Part shown: positions 10,340 through 18,755 of the stretch, piece by piece
Layout of the letters: every line of letters begins with the position of its first letter
Numbering within the stretch: position 1 is the stretch's first letter
Assembly: GCA_050309605.1 (NCBI GenBank)
Contig: JBNRMN010000062.1
Span: forward strand, 1-48,896
Reading direction: 5' to 3'
Source: Anaerohalosphaeraceae bacterium
GTDB lineage: Bacteria; Planctomycetota; Phycisphaerae; Sedimentisphaerales; Anaerohalosphaeraceae
Length of the DNA stretch: 48,896 nucleotides
The notes under the pieces: generated by a model
Databases searched by the model: none
What the model saw: the letters and a program-made list of their open reading frames with translations, nothing else
Told to the model about the DNA's origin: nothing
Position numbers and translations under genes: made by a program

Positions 10340-11643
10340 TGTGCCGCCGTTGTCTGAATCGTTACCAGTCTTGCCTCGGGATAGTAGAACGACAGAATCT
10401 CATCGTAATGATGTCCCTGTCGCGCCAAACCCTGCGCGCCATACTGACACAGCCCGACGCCGTGTCCGAATCCGCGTCCGTTCTCAAAGCGAATTTGGCC
10501 GTTGATTTTCACTAAATCGACCAGCGTACTTCGCAGCCGCCGACCGGTCGGATCGAGCGACAGCCGAAAATCCTCGCCGCGAACCCGATCTCTTTGGCCG
10601 TTTTCGCCAATCAGTTCCACTTGAGTCATTCGACCCAGGGCTCCGGTTTCGAGAATATTGACATCGATGATGCGTTCCAATCGACTCAGCGATGAGTAAC
10701 GCTGTATCAGTCGGCGCGACACCTCGTCCATCGAATACTCAACCGGGCCCCAGAAAAAATCACTGCGTCGTGATGTTCGTTCACACCACGGACACGCCGT
10801 GCCCGGCAGATTAACCCAATCGTCGCCGAAAACGGCCCGGCTGTTTTCCGTGTGTCCGCCGCAGGACGAGCTGTAATAGGCCGGAAAAATGACGTCTCTG
10901 CCATCCGGTCCGGCAGCGACCAGAATTTGACCGGTGGTCTCCAGCACCGCCCGTCGAATCCGAGCGTTTTCCGCCGCCAGACCATGGTACATCTGGTTGG
11001 ACTGGGTGCGCGTCACATCCCAGGCACGCGCCGGGCCGAACCGGTGCTGGATCGCCAGGCAGTACGTCCGCGCGGCGACGGTTTGGGCCTTCAGCGCTTC
11101 AGGCTCCCAATAGCTGTACATCTCGGCGCCGACCACGCCCAGCAAATACGACTCCAGCGGAACATGGTTGATCACCTGAATGCTGTTGGCGTCTTCATTG
11201 ACCCGCAGATGCAGATTGCCGCGAAATCCAATGCCGTCAAGAACGACGTAATAGGGGTCTTTGGGACGCAGCATCACCTCCTGGCAGACGCGATGCTCGC
11301 CGATTCGAATCCGCCCGTTCTTAAGACCCACGTGCATCCGGCCGGTATCGGAGAAATCTGCCGTAACGCCGTTGCCGACGCCTTCCACGGTAAACCCGGC
11401 CGGAGCCGCCACCGTGCCTTGGTCCAGATTGCCAAAGAGCAAAACGCGAACCCATGTGCGTTCCGGGCTGTCAATCCCAACCGCCGGTTCCACGGTGTCG
11501 CGTTTTCCGCATCCTGTTAAAAAGGCCAGGGCGATCATGCAGACCCACATCCCGGATAAAAAAGATGCAGCCACTCTGCCGCCGGCCGTTGTCAACGTTT
11601 GTATGTCCTTGCAATAATCCATAAATGGCCGCACGGATCCCAC
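10336..11643 (-). CDS. SpoIID/LytB-domain protein (peptidoglycan lytic transglycosylase-like), probable lipoprotein
   Basis: LESYLLGVVGAEM, EALKAQTVAARTY, YSSSCGGHTE, GRGFGHGVGLCQYGA, EILSFYYP; lipobox-like FLTGC. True start may be downstream of 11643. Confidence 0.88.
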   Translation of the reverse strand: MGSVRPFMDYCKDIQTLTTAGGRVAASFLSGMWVCMIALAFLTGCGKRDTVEPAVGIDSPERTWVRVLLFGNLDQGTVAAPAGFTVEGVGNGVTADFSDTGRMHVGLKNGRIRIGEHRVCQEVMLRPKDPYYVVLDGIGFRGNLHLRVNEDANSIQVINHVPLESYLLGVVGAEMYSYWEPEALKAQTVAARTYCLAIQHRFGPARAWDVTRTQSNQMYHGLAAENARIRRAVLETTGQILVAAGPDGRDVIFPAYYSSSCGGHTENSRAVFGDDWVNLPGTACPWCERTSRRSDFFWGPVEYSMDEVSRRLIQRYSSLSRLERIIDVNILETGALGRMTQVELIGENGQRDRVRGEDFRLSLDPTGRRLRSTLVDLVKINGQIRFENGRGFGHGVGLCQYGAQGLARQGHHYDEILSFYYPEARLVTIQTTAAQ

Positions 11644-11661
11644 GGCGGCGCGATGTCGGAT

Positions 11662-12960
11662 TTAGTCGATTTTACGAAGGCTCAGCCCGAACTTGGTCAG
11701 TTTTTCCTTGATTTCGTTCAGACTGGTGACGCCGAAGTTTTTGCAGCCGAGCAATTCCGGCTCCGTTTTGGTGACCAGGTCGAAAAAGGTCTTGACGCCC
11801 AGCCGATCCAGCGCCCGACGGGCACGCACCGACAACTCCAGTTCGTCAATGCCTTTTTGAAGAATTTCGGAATTTTCCTGACGTTCCGGCCCAGACGAAG
11901 CGGTTTTCGCGGAATTTTTTTCTTCGAGGGCCATGCCCAGACGCAGGTTTTTGGAGGAGAGAATTTTTTTGATTTCAAACAGGCTGGTTTCGCCGAAATT
12001 TTTGTACGACAGCAATTCCGCCTCCGTCGTTCGCAACAGGTCGCCCAGCGTGGTAATGTTCATCTTCTTCAGACAGTTGCGGCTGCGCACCGACAGCTCA
12101 AAGTCCGAAATCGGAATTTCGAGTATCTTGTTATGGCGGTCGCGGCGCTTTTCTTTTTCCTCGTCATAGACCATATGGCGTGAGCTTTCGATGTCCTTGC
12201 GGAACAGCGCGGCCTTGGCATGGTTCGGGTGCGAGGCCAGCACCATCTTGACGCACACTTCGGCCTTGTCGTAGTCGCCGCGGTCCTCATGCAGCACCGC
12301 CAGATTCAGCAGGGCGTTCACCGGCGGCGGCACACGTTTGGCAAGCTGCTTGTAGTACTGAATCGCCAGCTCTTCGTCCCCGCGCAGGTCACAACTGTAG
12401 GCCAATTGAAACAACGCCTCCACATGATCGGAGTCCAGCTCCACGGCCTTGGCAAAGTGTTCCATGGCCTGTTCATACTGGCCCTGTGTGTCGCAGAGCC
12501 GGCCGAGCTGGTAATGATAGGCGGCGCTGATGTTTTCGTAATTGGCGCATTGTTTCAATTCTTTTTGAGCCTCGTCCGTCCGTCCGGCGCGACGATAGGT
12601 CTCGGCCTTTTCCAGCGACACGGCCAGCGCGTCGGCCCCGGCCTTGGCGGCCTTGTCAAAGTGTTCCACTGCCGCGTCGAATTGCTTTTGACGACGGCGA
12701 ATACACCCCAGCGCCATCCATTTCTGCGGGCAATCCTTGCCTTTATCGAGCAGCTCGGCCGCCGCGGCGAACTGGCCGCACAAATACAGCCCCAGCCCGC
12801 TGAGCAGGGGATCTTTCTGTTTTTCGCTTTCCCGGCGAAACGCAATCCGATTGCGTTCGCTGGCGTTAACACGCTGTCCGAGTTTTCGGATTTCATCAAA
12901 GCCGGGCAGTTGCCCCTCAAACAGTTTGGCCGGTGCTTGGGCTAATGATAATGATACCAT
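11662..12960 (-). CDS. TPR-repeat protein with two C-terminal RNA polymerase alpha-CTD-like domains
   Basis: TPR helices, then ISDFELSVRSRNCLKK..KNFGETSLFEIK and IDELELSVRARRAL..KNFGVTSLNEIK. ATG 12960 has GGGAG upstream; ORF-track start is 12999. Confidence 0.88.
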   Translation of the reverse strand: MVSLSLAQAPAKLFEGQLPGFDEIRKLGQRVNASERNRIAFRRESEKQKDPLLSGLGLYLCGQFAAAAELLDKGKDCPQKWMALGCIRRRQKQFDAAVEHFDKAAKAGADALAVSLEKAETYRRAGRTDEAQKELKQCANYENISAAYHYQLGRLCDTQGQYEQAMEHFAKAVELDSDHVEALFQLAYSCDLRGDEELAIQYYKQLAKRVPPPVNALLNLAVLHEDRGDYDKAEVCVKMVLASHPNHAKAALFRKDIESSRHMVYDEEKEKRRDRHNKILEIPISDFELSVRSRNCLKKMNITTLGDLLRTTEAELLSYKNFGETSLFEIKKILSSKNLRLGMALEEKNSAKTASSGPERQENSEILQKGIDELELSVRARRALDRLGVKTFFDLVTKTEPELLGCKNFGVTSLNEIKEKLTKFGLSLRKID

Positions 12961-13081
12961 CTGGTTTCGGCTCCCGAATACCTGTTTCTTCGTTTTCATT
13001 TAGCGCCCGAATCGTCATTTTCGCCGACAAAAAGGCGAAAATACCACGTTCGAGCGGGGTTCCGTTTCGATTAAACGGAAC

Positions 13082-13109
13082 ATTATAGACAACTTCGGAA
13101 ATTATGCAA
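13082..13109 (-). promoter_or_regulatory. Putative sigma70 promoter for the TPR-alphaCTD/spoIID/tgt/yajC/secDF block
   Basis: TTGCAT-16 nt-TATAAT on the minus strand. Confidence 0.5.
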
Positions 13110-13474
13110 CAGGAATTTTTCGGGCAAAAGAAGATTCAATATACCCCAATCTCTTTGGCACGCCCGGGGATTATTTCGAAATACCAGCCGAGCGATGCGA
13201 GTGAGCCGGATTGCGACACGTAACAATAGCCGAGCCGCGCAAGTGAGCCGGATAATCTGGCGTCTTGCAAAACGCCCCATCTATCTGCATCGTTATCGGG
13301 CCGCTCGCGCGGCCGCGCTATTGTGCCGTGCTGTTGCGTCATTGTACAACAGCCGAGCGGCGCGAGCCGCCGGATAATACGGCGACTTGGAAAATGCCCC
13401 ATCTATCCGCATCCCCCTATCGGGCGGCTTGCGCCGCCGCGCTATTGTGCGAGCTGGTGTGTCGCGATCGTGTC

Positions 13475-13629
13475 GCCCCGAAGGGGCAGCATATCCCAGC
13501 CCAGGGCAACGCCCTGGGTTAAATCGGCCATACCCCGACGCTCTGAAAGAGCAGCCTATATTAGGGCGACCAGCGACCTCATGACCCAGCCCGTTGGGCT
13601 GGGCTAAGGTATCATTGCCCTTTCAGGGC
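13475..13629. repeat. Second REP-like family, an inverted pair nested inside the array
   Basis: GCCCCGAAGGGGC..AGCCCAGGGCAACGCCCTGGG (13475-13518) and inverted copy CCCAGCCCGTTGGGCTGGGCT..GCCCTTTCAGGGC (13585-13629). Confidence 0.75.
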
Positions 13630-13672
13630 ATTTTTGACCTTTCAGGCCGAGTCGAATTGTTCTTGTTTTATA

Positions 13673-13713
13673 CCCCCTCCCCCCTTCGGGGTACTCCCCC
13701 TTGACAGGGGGAG
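13673..13713. repeat. Third palindromic REP-like element
   Basis: CCCCTTCGGGG hairpin followed by CTCCCCCT-TGAC-AGGGGGAG hairpin. Confidence 0.55.
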
Positions 13714-14324
13714 AGTTTACAACAGCCGAGCCGCGCGAGCGGCCGGATAATACGGCGACTTGGAAAATGCCCCATCTATCCGCATCCCCGTATCGGGCCG
13801 CTCGCGCCGCCGCGCTGTTGCGCGCGATGTTGCGTTGCGTCATCGTACAATAGCCGAGCCGCGCGAGCGGCCGGATAGCGATACCCACGGCGTAACGCCT
13901 TATCGGGCGGCTTGCGCCGCCGCGCTATTGCGCGGGATGTTGCGTTGCGTCATCGTACAATAGCCGAGCCGCGCGAGCGGCCGGATCATGTGGCGTCTTG
14001 GAAAACGTCCCATCTATCCGTATCCCGTATCGGGCGGCTTGCGCCGCCGCGCTGTTGCGCGCGATGTTGCGTTGCGTCATCGTACAATAGCCGAGCCGCG
14101 CAAGCGGCCGGATAATCTGGCGTCTTGGAAAACGCCCCATCTATCCGTATCCCGTATCGGGCGGCTTGCGCCGCCGCGCTGGTGCGCCGCGCTGTTGCGC
14201 TATCGAGGGTATTTGAGACAGCCATATAAAAGTTGACAAACGCACTGTTGAAAGCCGGAGAAATGAAGGTAAAATATAGCCTTTGCGGCGTTACTATCGA
14301 TCAAAACGGCGAGGATATTTATCA

Positions 14325-16025
14325 ATGAATGAGCGGCAAGTGCGGCCTGAAAGCAGGAAAAACGGGGGTTCGTCGCCCAAGGATGGGCATGCGGGGCTGT
14401 TAACGGCACTGGCGGCGCTGGTTATTCCGGCCGCGGCGGTCATCGGGATGGTCCATCTGATCGGTGTGTTTCAGCCGGGCGCGGCTTCCGAACGACTCGA
14501 TAAGGCCCTGAAAGCGGGCAATTATCGAACCGCCGGGGCGATTTATCGGGAGTTGATCGCCGGGGAGTTCTTCGAGATTGCGCATCATCGCGGTCTGCTG
14601 CGAAGTACCCTTCGACAGGCCGAACGGGCCGGTCGTGTCGGGTCGGAAGCGACCGCGGCACTCCGACAGGAATACACCGGCTACACCCAATCGGACGACT
14701 CGGCTATTGTGGACATCGGCTGGTACGGACTGGGGTTTCTGGCCTCATTGCTGAACGATTGGCCGGAGGCGCTGGCGGCCTTTGAACGGGTGCAAAACCG
14801 CGATCTTGCCTACCTGAATAATTCGTTGGGGTATATTTATTTTGAATTGCAGGATTTTCAGCGTGCCGAGGCGGCTTTTCACCGTGAGATCAATGTGGGC
14901 GGCAATATCGAGGGCGCCTATTCCAATCTCGCCCGGCTGTATTTTGTTGCCGATGATTTCGAGGCGCTGGAAGGGCTGCTGCACGACGAGGTTGCCGGAG
15001 GGGTTATGCCTCGGCGTCTGTGGCGACTGACAGCGCTGAAGAGTGGCTACATTCGGTTGTATTTGGTTGAATCGCTGCGTATGGAATACATAACGGTCTG
15101 CGGATTGGCCGCGGCTGCGGTGGTGCTGGTGCTGTGGTTTGAGTATTTGCGGCGGCTGGACGTCTTTGAGCCGGAGCCGATTGCGGCATTGCTGCTGACA
15201 CTGGCGATGGGGATGGGCTTTTCGCTGGGGTGCGGGCCGCTCTATGACGCGATTGATTTCGGCCTGGGACTGCGGCTGGGGCAGGGTCTGTGGCGCGATT
15301 TGGCGTATTGTATCTTCGGCATCGGGCTGGTCGAAGAGACGCTCAAGATCATTCCGTTTTTGCTGATGCTGCGATTTTCGCGTCAGATCAACGAATCCAT
15401 TGATTATGTCATTTACGCCGGTGTGGCGGCGCTGGGGTTTGCATTTATGGAAAACCTGCTGTGCTTTCAGGACCCGGGGTTGGGGCGGATACTGGGACGC
15501 ACGTACAGCGCGGTGCCGCTGCATATGTCGCTGACGGCCTTTGCGGCTTATGGGCTGTTTTATGCTCGTTATCGCCGGCAGGGTCGCGGCCAGTGGGGTT
15601 TTTTTGCGCTGACGTTTACGGCCGCATGCGTCGTGCATGGGCTGTACGATTTCTGGCTGCTGGCCGACGGGCTGGACGGCCGCTGGAGGCTGCTGTCGCT
15701 GTTGATATTGATCCTGGGTGTGCAGGTGTTCAGCAATATGATGAAAAACGGCCTGAATCAATCGGAGTTCAATCCCGACGCCAGAGAACGCATTGAACAT
15801 CGCACGCGCTATCTGGTTTATGGCCTCTCGGCGGTGTTTTGGCTTCAATATCTGCTCCAGGCCTGGCGATGGGGACCGGACAATGCGAATGTCGGGATTC
15901 TGCAGGCGGCGCTGTTTCTGTATTTTCCGCTGCTGGTGATCTTCGGCAACCTCGGCGTCATCCCCATCCGGAAAAACCACTGGGTGCCGCTGCTGGGGCG
16001 CCGGAAGGTATCCACGCCTCACTGA
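14325..16025 (+). CDS. PrsW-family intramembrane glutamic protease with N-terminal TM and TPR domain
   Basis: FEPEP, GLVEETLK, GFAFMEN, PLH and HGLYD PrsW motifs; TPR-like N-half. ATG 14325 follows GAGG. Confidence 0.88.
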   Translation: MNERQVRPESRKNGGSSPKDGHAGLLTALAALVIPAAAVIGMVHLIGVFQPGAASERLDKALKAGNYRTAGAIYRELIAGEFFEIAHHRGLLRSTLRQAERAGRVGSEATAALRQEYTGYTQSDDSAIVDIGWYGLGFLASLLNDWPEALAAFERVQNRDLAYLNNSLGYIYFELQDFQRAEAAFHREINVGGNIEGAYSNLARLYFVADDFEALEGLLHDEVAGGVMPRRLWRLTALKSGYIRLYLVESLRMEYITVCGLAAAAVVLVLWFEYLRRLDVFEPEPIAALLLTLAMGMGFSLGCGPLYDAIDFGLGLRLGQGLWRDLAYCIFGIGLVEETLKIIPFLLMLRFSRQINESIDYVIYAGVAALGFAFMENLLCFQDPGLGRILGRTYSAVPLHMSLTAFAAYGLFYARYRRQGRGQWGFFALTFTAACVVHGLYDFWLLADGLDGRWRLLSLLILILGVQVFSNMMKNGLNQSEFNPDARERIEHRTRYLVYGLSAVFWLQYLLQAWRWGPDNANVGILQAALFLYFPLLVIFGNLGVIPIRKNHWVPLLGRRKVSTPH

Positions 16026-16116
16026 CGTATCCGGCGGAGGTTGTCCAAGTTCGAAAGACAAAAAATCCTGATATTTTATGTTTGCAATCTCGGTTCGCTA
16101 TTTGGTAAATTAAGGT

Positions 16117-17268
16117 ATGATGAAAAAAATTCCCAAGGTGGCCTTGCTGGTTGAAACCTCGCGAGAATTCGGCCGGTCGTTTTTGTACGGCGTGGCGCGA
16201 TATGCCCGTACTCACGGGCCGTGGGTCTTTTACCGGGAAACGGGAGGGCTGGAGCGTTCCATCCCCAAAATCAAAAACTGGGGCGCCGATGCCGTGATGA
16301 CCCGCACCCTTAAACACAGTGAACACCTGCATTCCCTTGGTGTTCCCATTGTGTATATTATTCATCGCGAAATAGCCGATTCTCCTTATCCGGCGGTCGT
16401 GACGGACGGTGAGAATATCGCTAAAATGGCGGCTGAGCATTTTTGGGACAGGGGATTTCGCAATTTTGCGTTTTGCGGATTCGACACGATGTCCTGGTCG
16501 GTTCAGCGAGGTCGCTTTTTTTCCCATTTTATCAAAAAGGCAGGGATTGGTGTTGATCTTTACAGGCAACCAACGTCGAAAAATCTTCAACGATGGGAAA
16601 ATGAACAAGCTTTTCTGGCCGAATGGCTTAAGGGACTGCCCAAGCCGGTGGCGGTAATGGCCTGCAACGACGACCGCGGCCAGCATGTCATCGAGGCCTG
16701 CAAAATGGTCAACATCAAAATCCCCGAAGAAGTCGCGGTGTTGGGGGTGGACAATGATGTGCTGGTGTGCGATTTGTGTGAGCCGCCGCTGTCGAGTATC
16801 GCTTTGAATACAGAAAAGGCCGGCTACGACGCCGCCGAATTGCTGGATAACTTAATGCACGGCGGAAAAATGGTCGGGCAGAAGATTCTTGTCGAACCGA
16901 CACACATTGTCACGCGCCGTTCGACGGATATTTTGAGCATACAGGATACGGATGTCGCCGATGCGCTGCGTTTTATTCGCAACAACTGCCGCAGCCAGAT
17001 CACCGTTGAAGATGTGGTCAATGCGCTGACGATCTCGCGGCGGGTGCTTGAAAAGCGTTTTCGCAAGCTGCTCAACCGCTCGGTCCTTGAAGAAATCCGA
17101 AAGGCCCGCACCGACGCGGCCGCACGGATGCTGGTTGAGACGGAAATGTCCGTCTCCCAAATCGCCGAAAAACTCGGCTATACCGAAACCGCCCATCTGT
17201 CGCGCTACTTCCACAAAGAAAAAGGCGTCAGCCCCATCGCCTTTCGAAAACGCATTCGGCCCAAATAA
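16117..17268 (+). CDS. XylR-type regulator (LacI-like periplasmic-binding sensor plus C-terminal AraC HTH)
   Basis: LPKPVAVMACNDDRG, IPEEVAVLGVDND, PPLSSI, RRSTD, ISRRVLEKRF and terminal AraC HTH. Confidence 0.9.
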   Translation: MMKKIPKVALLVETSREFGRSFLYGVARYARTHGPWVFYRETGGLERSIPKIKNWGADAVMTRTLKHSEHLHSLGVPIVYIIHREIADSPYPAVVTDGENIAKMAAEHFWDRGFRNFAFCGFDTMSWSVQRGRFFSHFIKKAGIGVDLYRQPTSKNLQRWENEQAFLAEWLKGLPKPVAVMACNDDRGQHVIEACKMVNIKIPEEVAVLGVDNDVLVCDLCEPPLSSIALNTEKAGYDAAELLDNLMHGGKMVGQKILVEPTHIVTRRSTDILSIQDTDVADALRFIRNNCRSQITVEDVVNALTISRRVLEKRFRKLLNRSVLEEIRKARTDAAARMLVETEMSVSQIAEKLGYTETAHLSRYFHKEKGVSPIAFRKRIRPK

Positions 17269-17375
17269 CCGGTCGCTATGGATAATTAACCCATCGCTGC
17301 GTAAATGAAATTCGCTTTTCTCGTTTTGCCGCCAATCCTCGACGGGGATGCGGATAAGTCAGATCCGTCACGAAA

Positions 17376-18428
17376 TCAGGCCGAGACGGCGGCTTGGGAT
17401 GCGGGTTGCACCATGCTGTCTTCTCGGAATTGAGATGGGGTTCGGCCTGTTTTTTTGCGAAATACCGTCGCAAAGTACTGGCTGGATTCAAAGCCGCAAG
17501 ACAGGGCAATATCCAGGATATTCATATCCGGTTTATCGCAAAGCAGTATCTTGGCCTTCTCGATCCGGCAGTGCGTCAGATATTCGGCGGCGGTCATATT
17601 GGTAATGCGTTTGCAATAATGCGCAAAGCGGCTGCGGCCGAGATTGCAGTGGCGGGCCATATCTTCAAGCGTCCAGGGAAAATCCACATGTTCGGTCAGG
17701 CCGTGCAGAAACATTTCGACACTGCGGCGGGTGCTGCTCAGGCGGGCGTTCAATTCGACCTGGTTCTTTTGCAGCATTTCGAAGACCTCAAGGAATAACT
17801 CGGTGACATACAGTTGCAGGCGGGTTTGGGCGGTTTCCGGCGTTTCGGTGCGCTCGACATTTTCGGCGATTTTTTCAAAACAGCGTTCGATTTGCTTGTT
17901 GCCCTGCCAAACCACCTGTTCATTGTGGCTCAGCAGGCGGGTCAATTTGTGCAGGTCACGCGGGGCAAAATTGATCCAGTTTGGCCACTTCCACGGGTCA
18001 TTCGGCCGGCGTACCCCCACGTCTAAAATCAGCCAATGCATTCGACTGGCGGTAATCAACGGGTTTCCGACCTGATGGGGCTGCCACGGACGGGTAACGG
18101 TCAAATCGCCCGCTTTGAGCTTGTAGTGGGTCTCTTCGACGATAAAATCCAGATTTCCCCGCGTCAGATAACCGAATTCAATCCCTTCATTACGGTGCAT
18201 CGGCAGACCCCAGCTTTGGTCTTTATTGGCGTCCCAGACACAGGCGACGCACAGTTCCGGCAGCATTTTGACAGGCATCTTTCGTCCCGGATAGCAGCCG
18301 TGTGCATAGGCGGCGTGGTACAGTTCACCGCGTGCCTTGGCGGCCTTGAGATTTTCACAGGTGTCGGCTTTGTGCGTGCCGTTGACGTCGTAAAAAATCG
18401 CCGGCTGAGGTTTGGATTGTTTTCGCAT
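17376..18428 (-). CDS. AraC-family transcriptional regulator with cupin sensor
   Basis: HRNEGIE and TRPWQPH cupin motifs; WTLEDMA..ILDIALSCGFESSQYFATVFRK double HTH. Confidence 0.9.
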   Translation of the reverse strand: MRKQSKPQPAIFYDVNGTHKADTCENLKAAKARGELYHAAYAHGCYPGRKMPVKMLPELCVACVWDANKDQSWGLPMHRNEGIEFGYLTRGNLDFIVEETHYKLKAGDLTVTRPWQPHQVGNPLITASRMHWLILDVGVRRPNDPWKWPNWINFAPRDLHKLTRLLSHNEQVVWQGNKQIERCFEKIAENVERTETPETAQTRLQLYVTELFLEVFEMLQKNQVELNARLSSTRRSVEMFLHGLTEHVDFPWTLEDMARHCNLGRSRFAHYCKRITNMTAAEYLTHCRIEKAKILLCDKPDMNILDIALSCGFESSQYFATVFRKKTGRTPSQFREDSMVQPASQAAVSA

Positions 18429-18587
18429 GGACGTTCCCTGTTTTTTTATTTGTGTTTAATATTTACCACTGGCCGATATTTGTAGATTTTCTTATAAAAA
18501 CGCTTATAGTCAAGATAATTTCTTGGTAACATTTTGGTTATCGATTGAAAATCCGCATGGCCGGGATTTGACAAAACGCCGGCGGGG

Positions 18588-18616
18588 TTGCATTTGGCTG
18601 TGTGAACGGCTAAAAT
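18588..18616 (+). promoter_or_regulatory. Putative sigma70 promoter for the sugar oxidoreductase cluster
   Basis: TTGCAT-17 nt-TAAAAT in the divergent intergenic region. Confidence 0.45.
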
Positions 18617-18755
18617 ACAATGTCTATAGCAGGATTTGTCCCAAAATGAAAATGAAGGTGGTGCAAGACGGACGTCATCACGTATGTCGCGACAGGGCAT
18701 ATGTGTTCGCGAGCGAATTGATGAAAATCCAACACGACAATGAAAGGGACTGAGT

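Larger units (their letters stand above)
13181..14200. repeat. REP/REPIN-like array of ~110-128 bp units, each an inverted pair of ~31 bp palindromic repeats
   Basis: ACAA(T/C)AGCCGAGCCGCGC(A/G)AGCGGCCGGATA-like copies start at 13223, 13346, 13719, 13847, 13957 and 14084. Each is followed by an inverted TATCGGGCGGCTTGCGCCGCCGCGCT(A/G)TTG-like copy. Confidence 0.85.

Noticed and set aside
9185..10357. 390-aa plus-strand ORF
   Set aside because: Antisense shadow of tgt
11662..12999. Calling the gene rpoA
   Set aside because: No alpha N-terminal assembly domain, and not in the rpsK-rpoA-rplQ context
13181..14200. CRISPR array
   Set aside because: Sequences between repeats are near-identical rather than unique, repeats alternate in orientation, and there are no cas genes in the window
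13083..14409. Many short overlapping ORFs in the repeat region
   Set aside because: They are translations of GC-rich palindromic repeats in several frames, with no RBS or domain signal
14745..16061. 438-aa minus-strand ORF
   Set aside because: Antisense to the PrsW gene; its Gln/Arg/Pro-rich composition is typical of the mirror of a hydrophobic CDS
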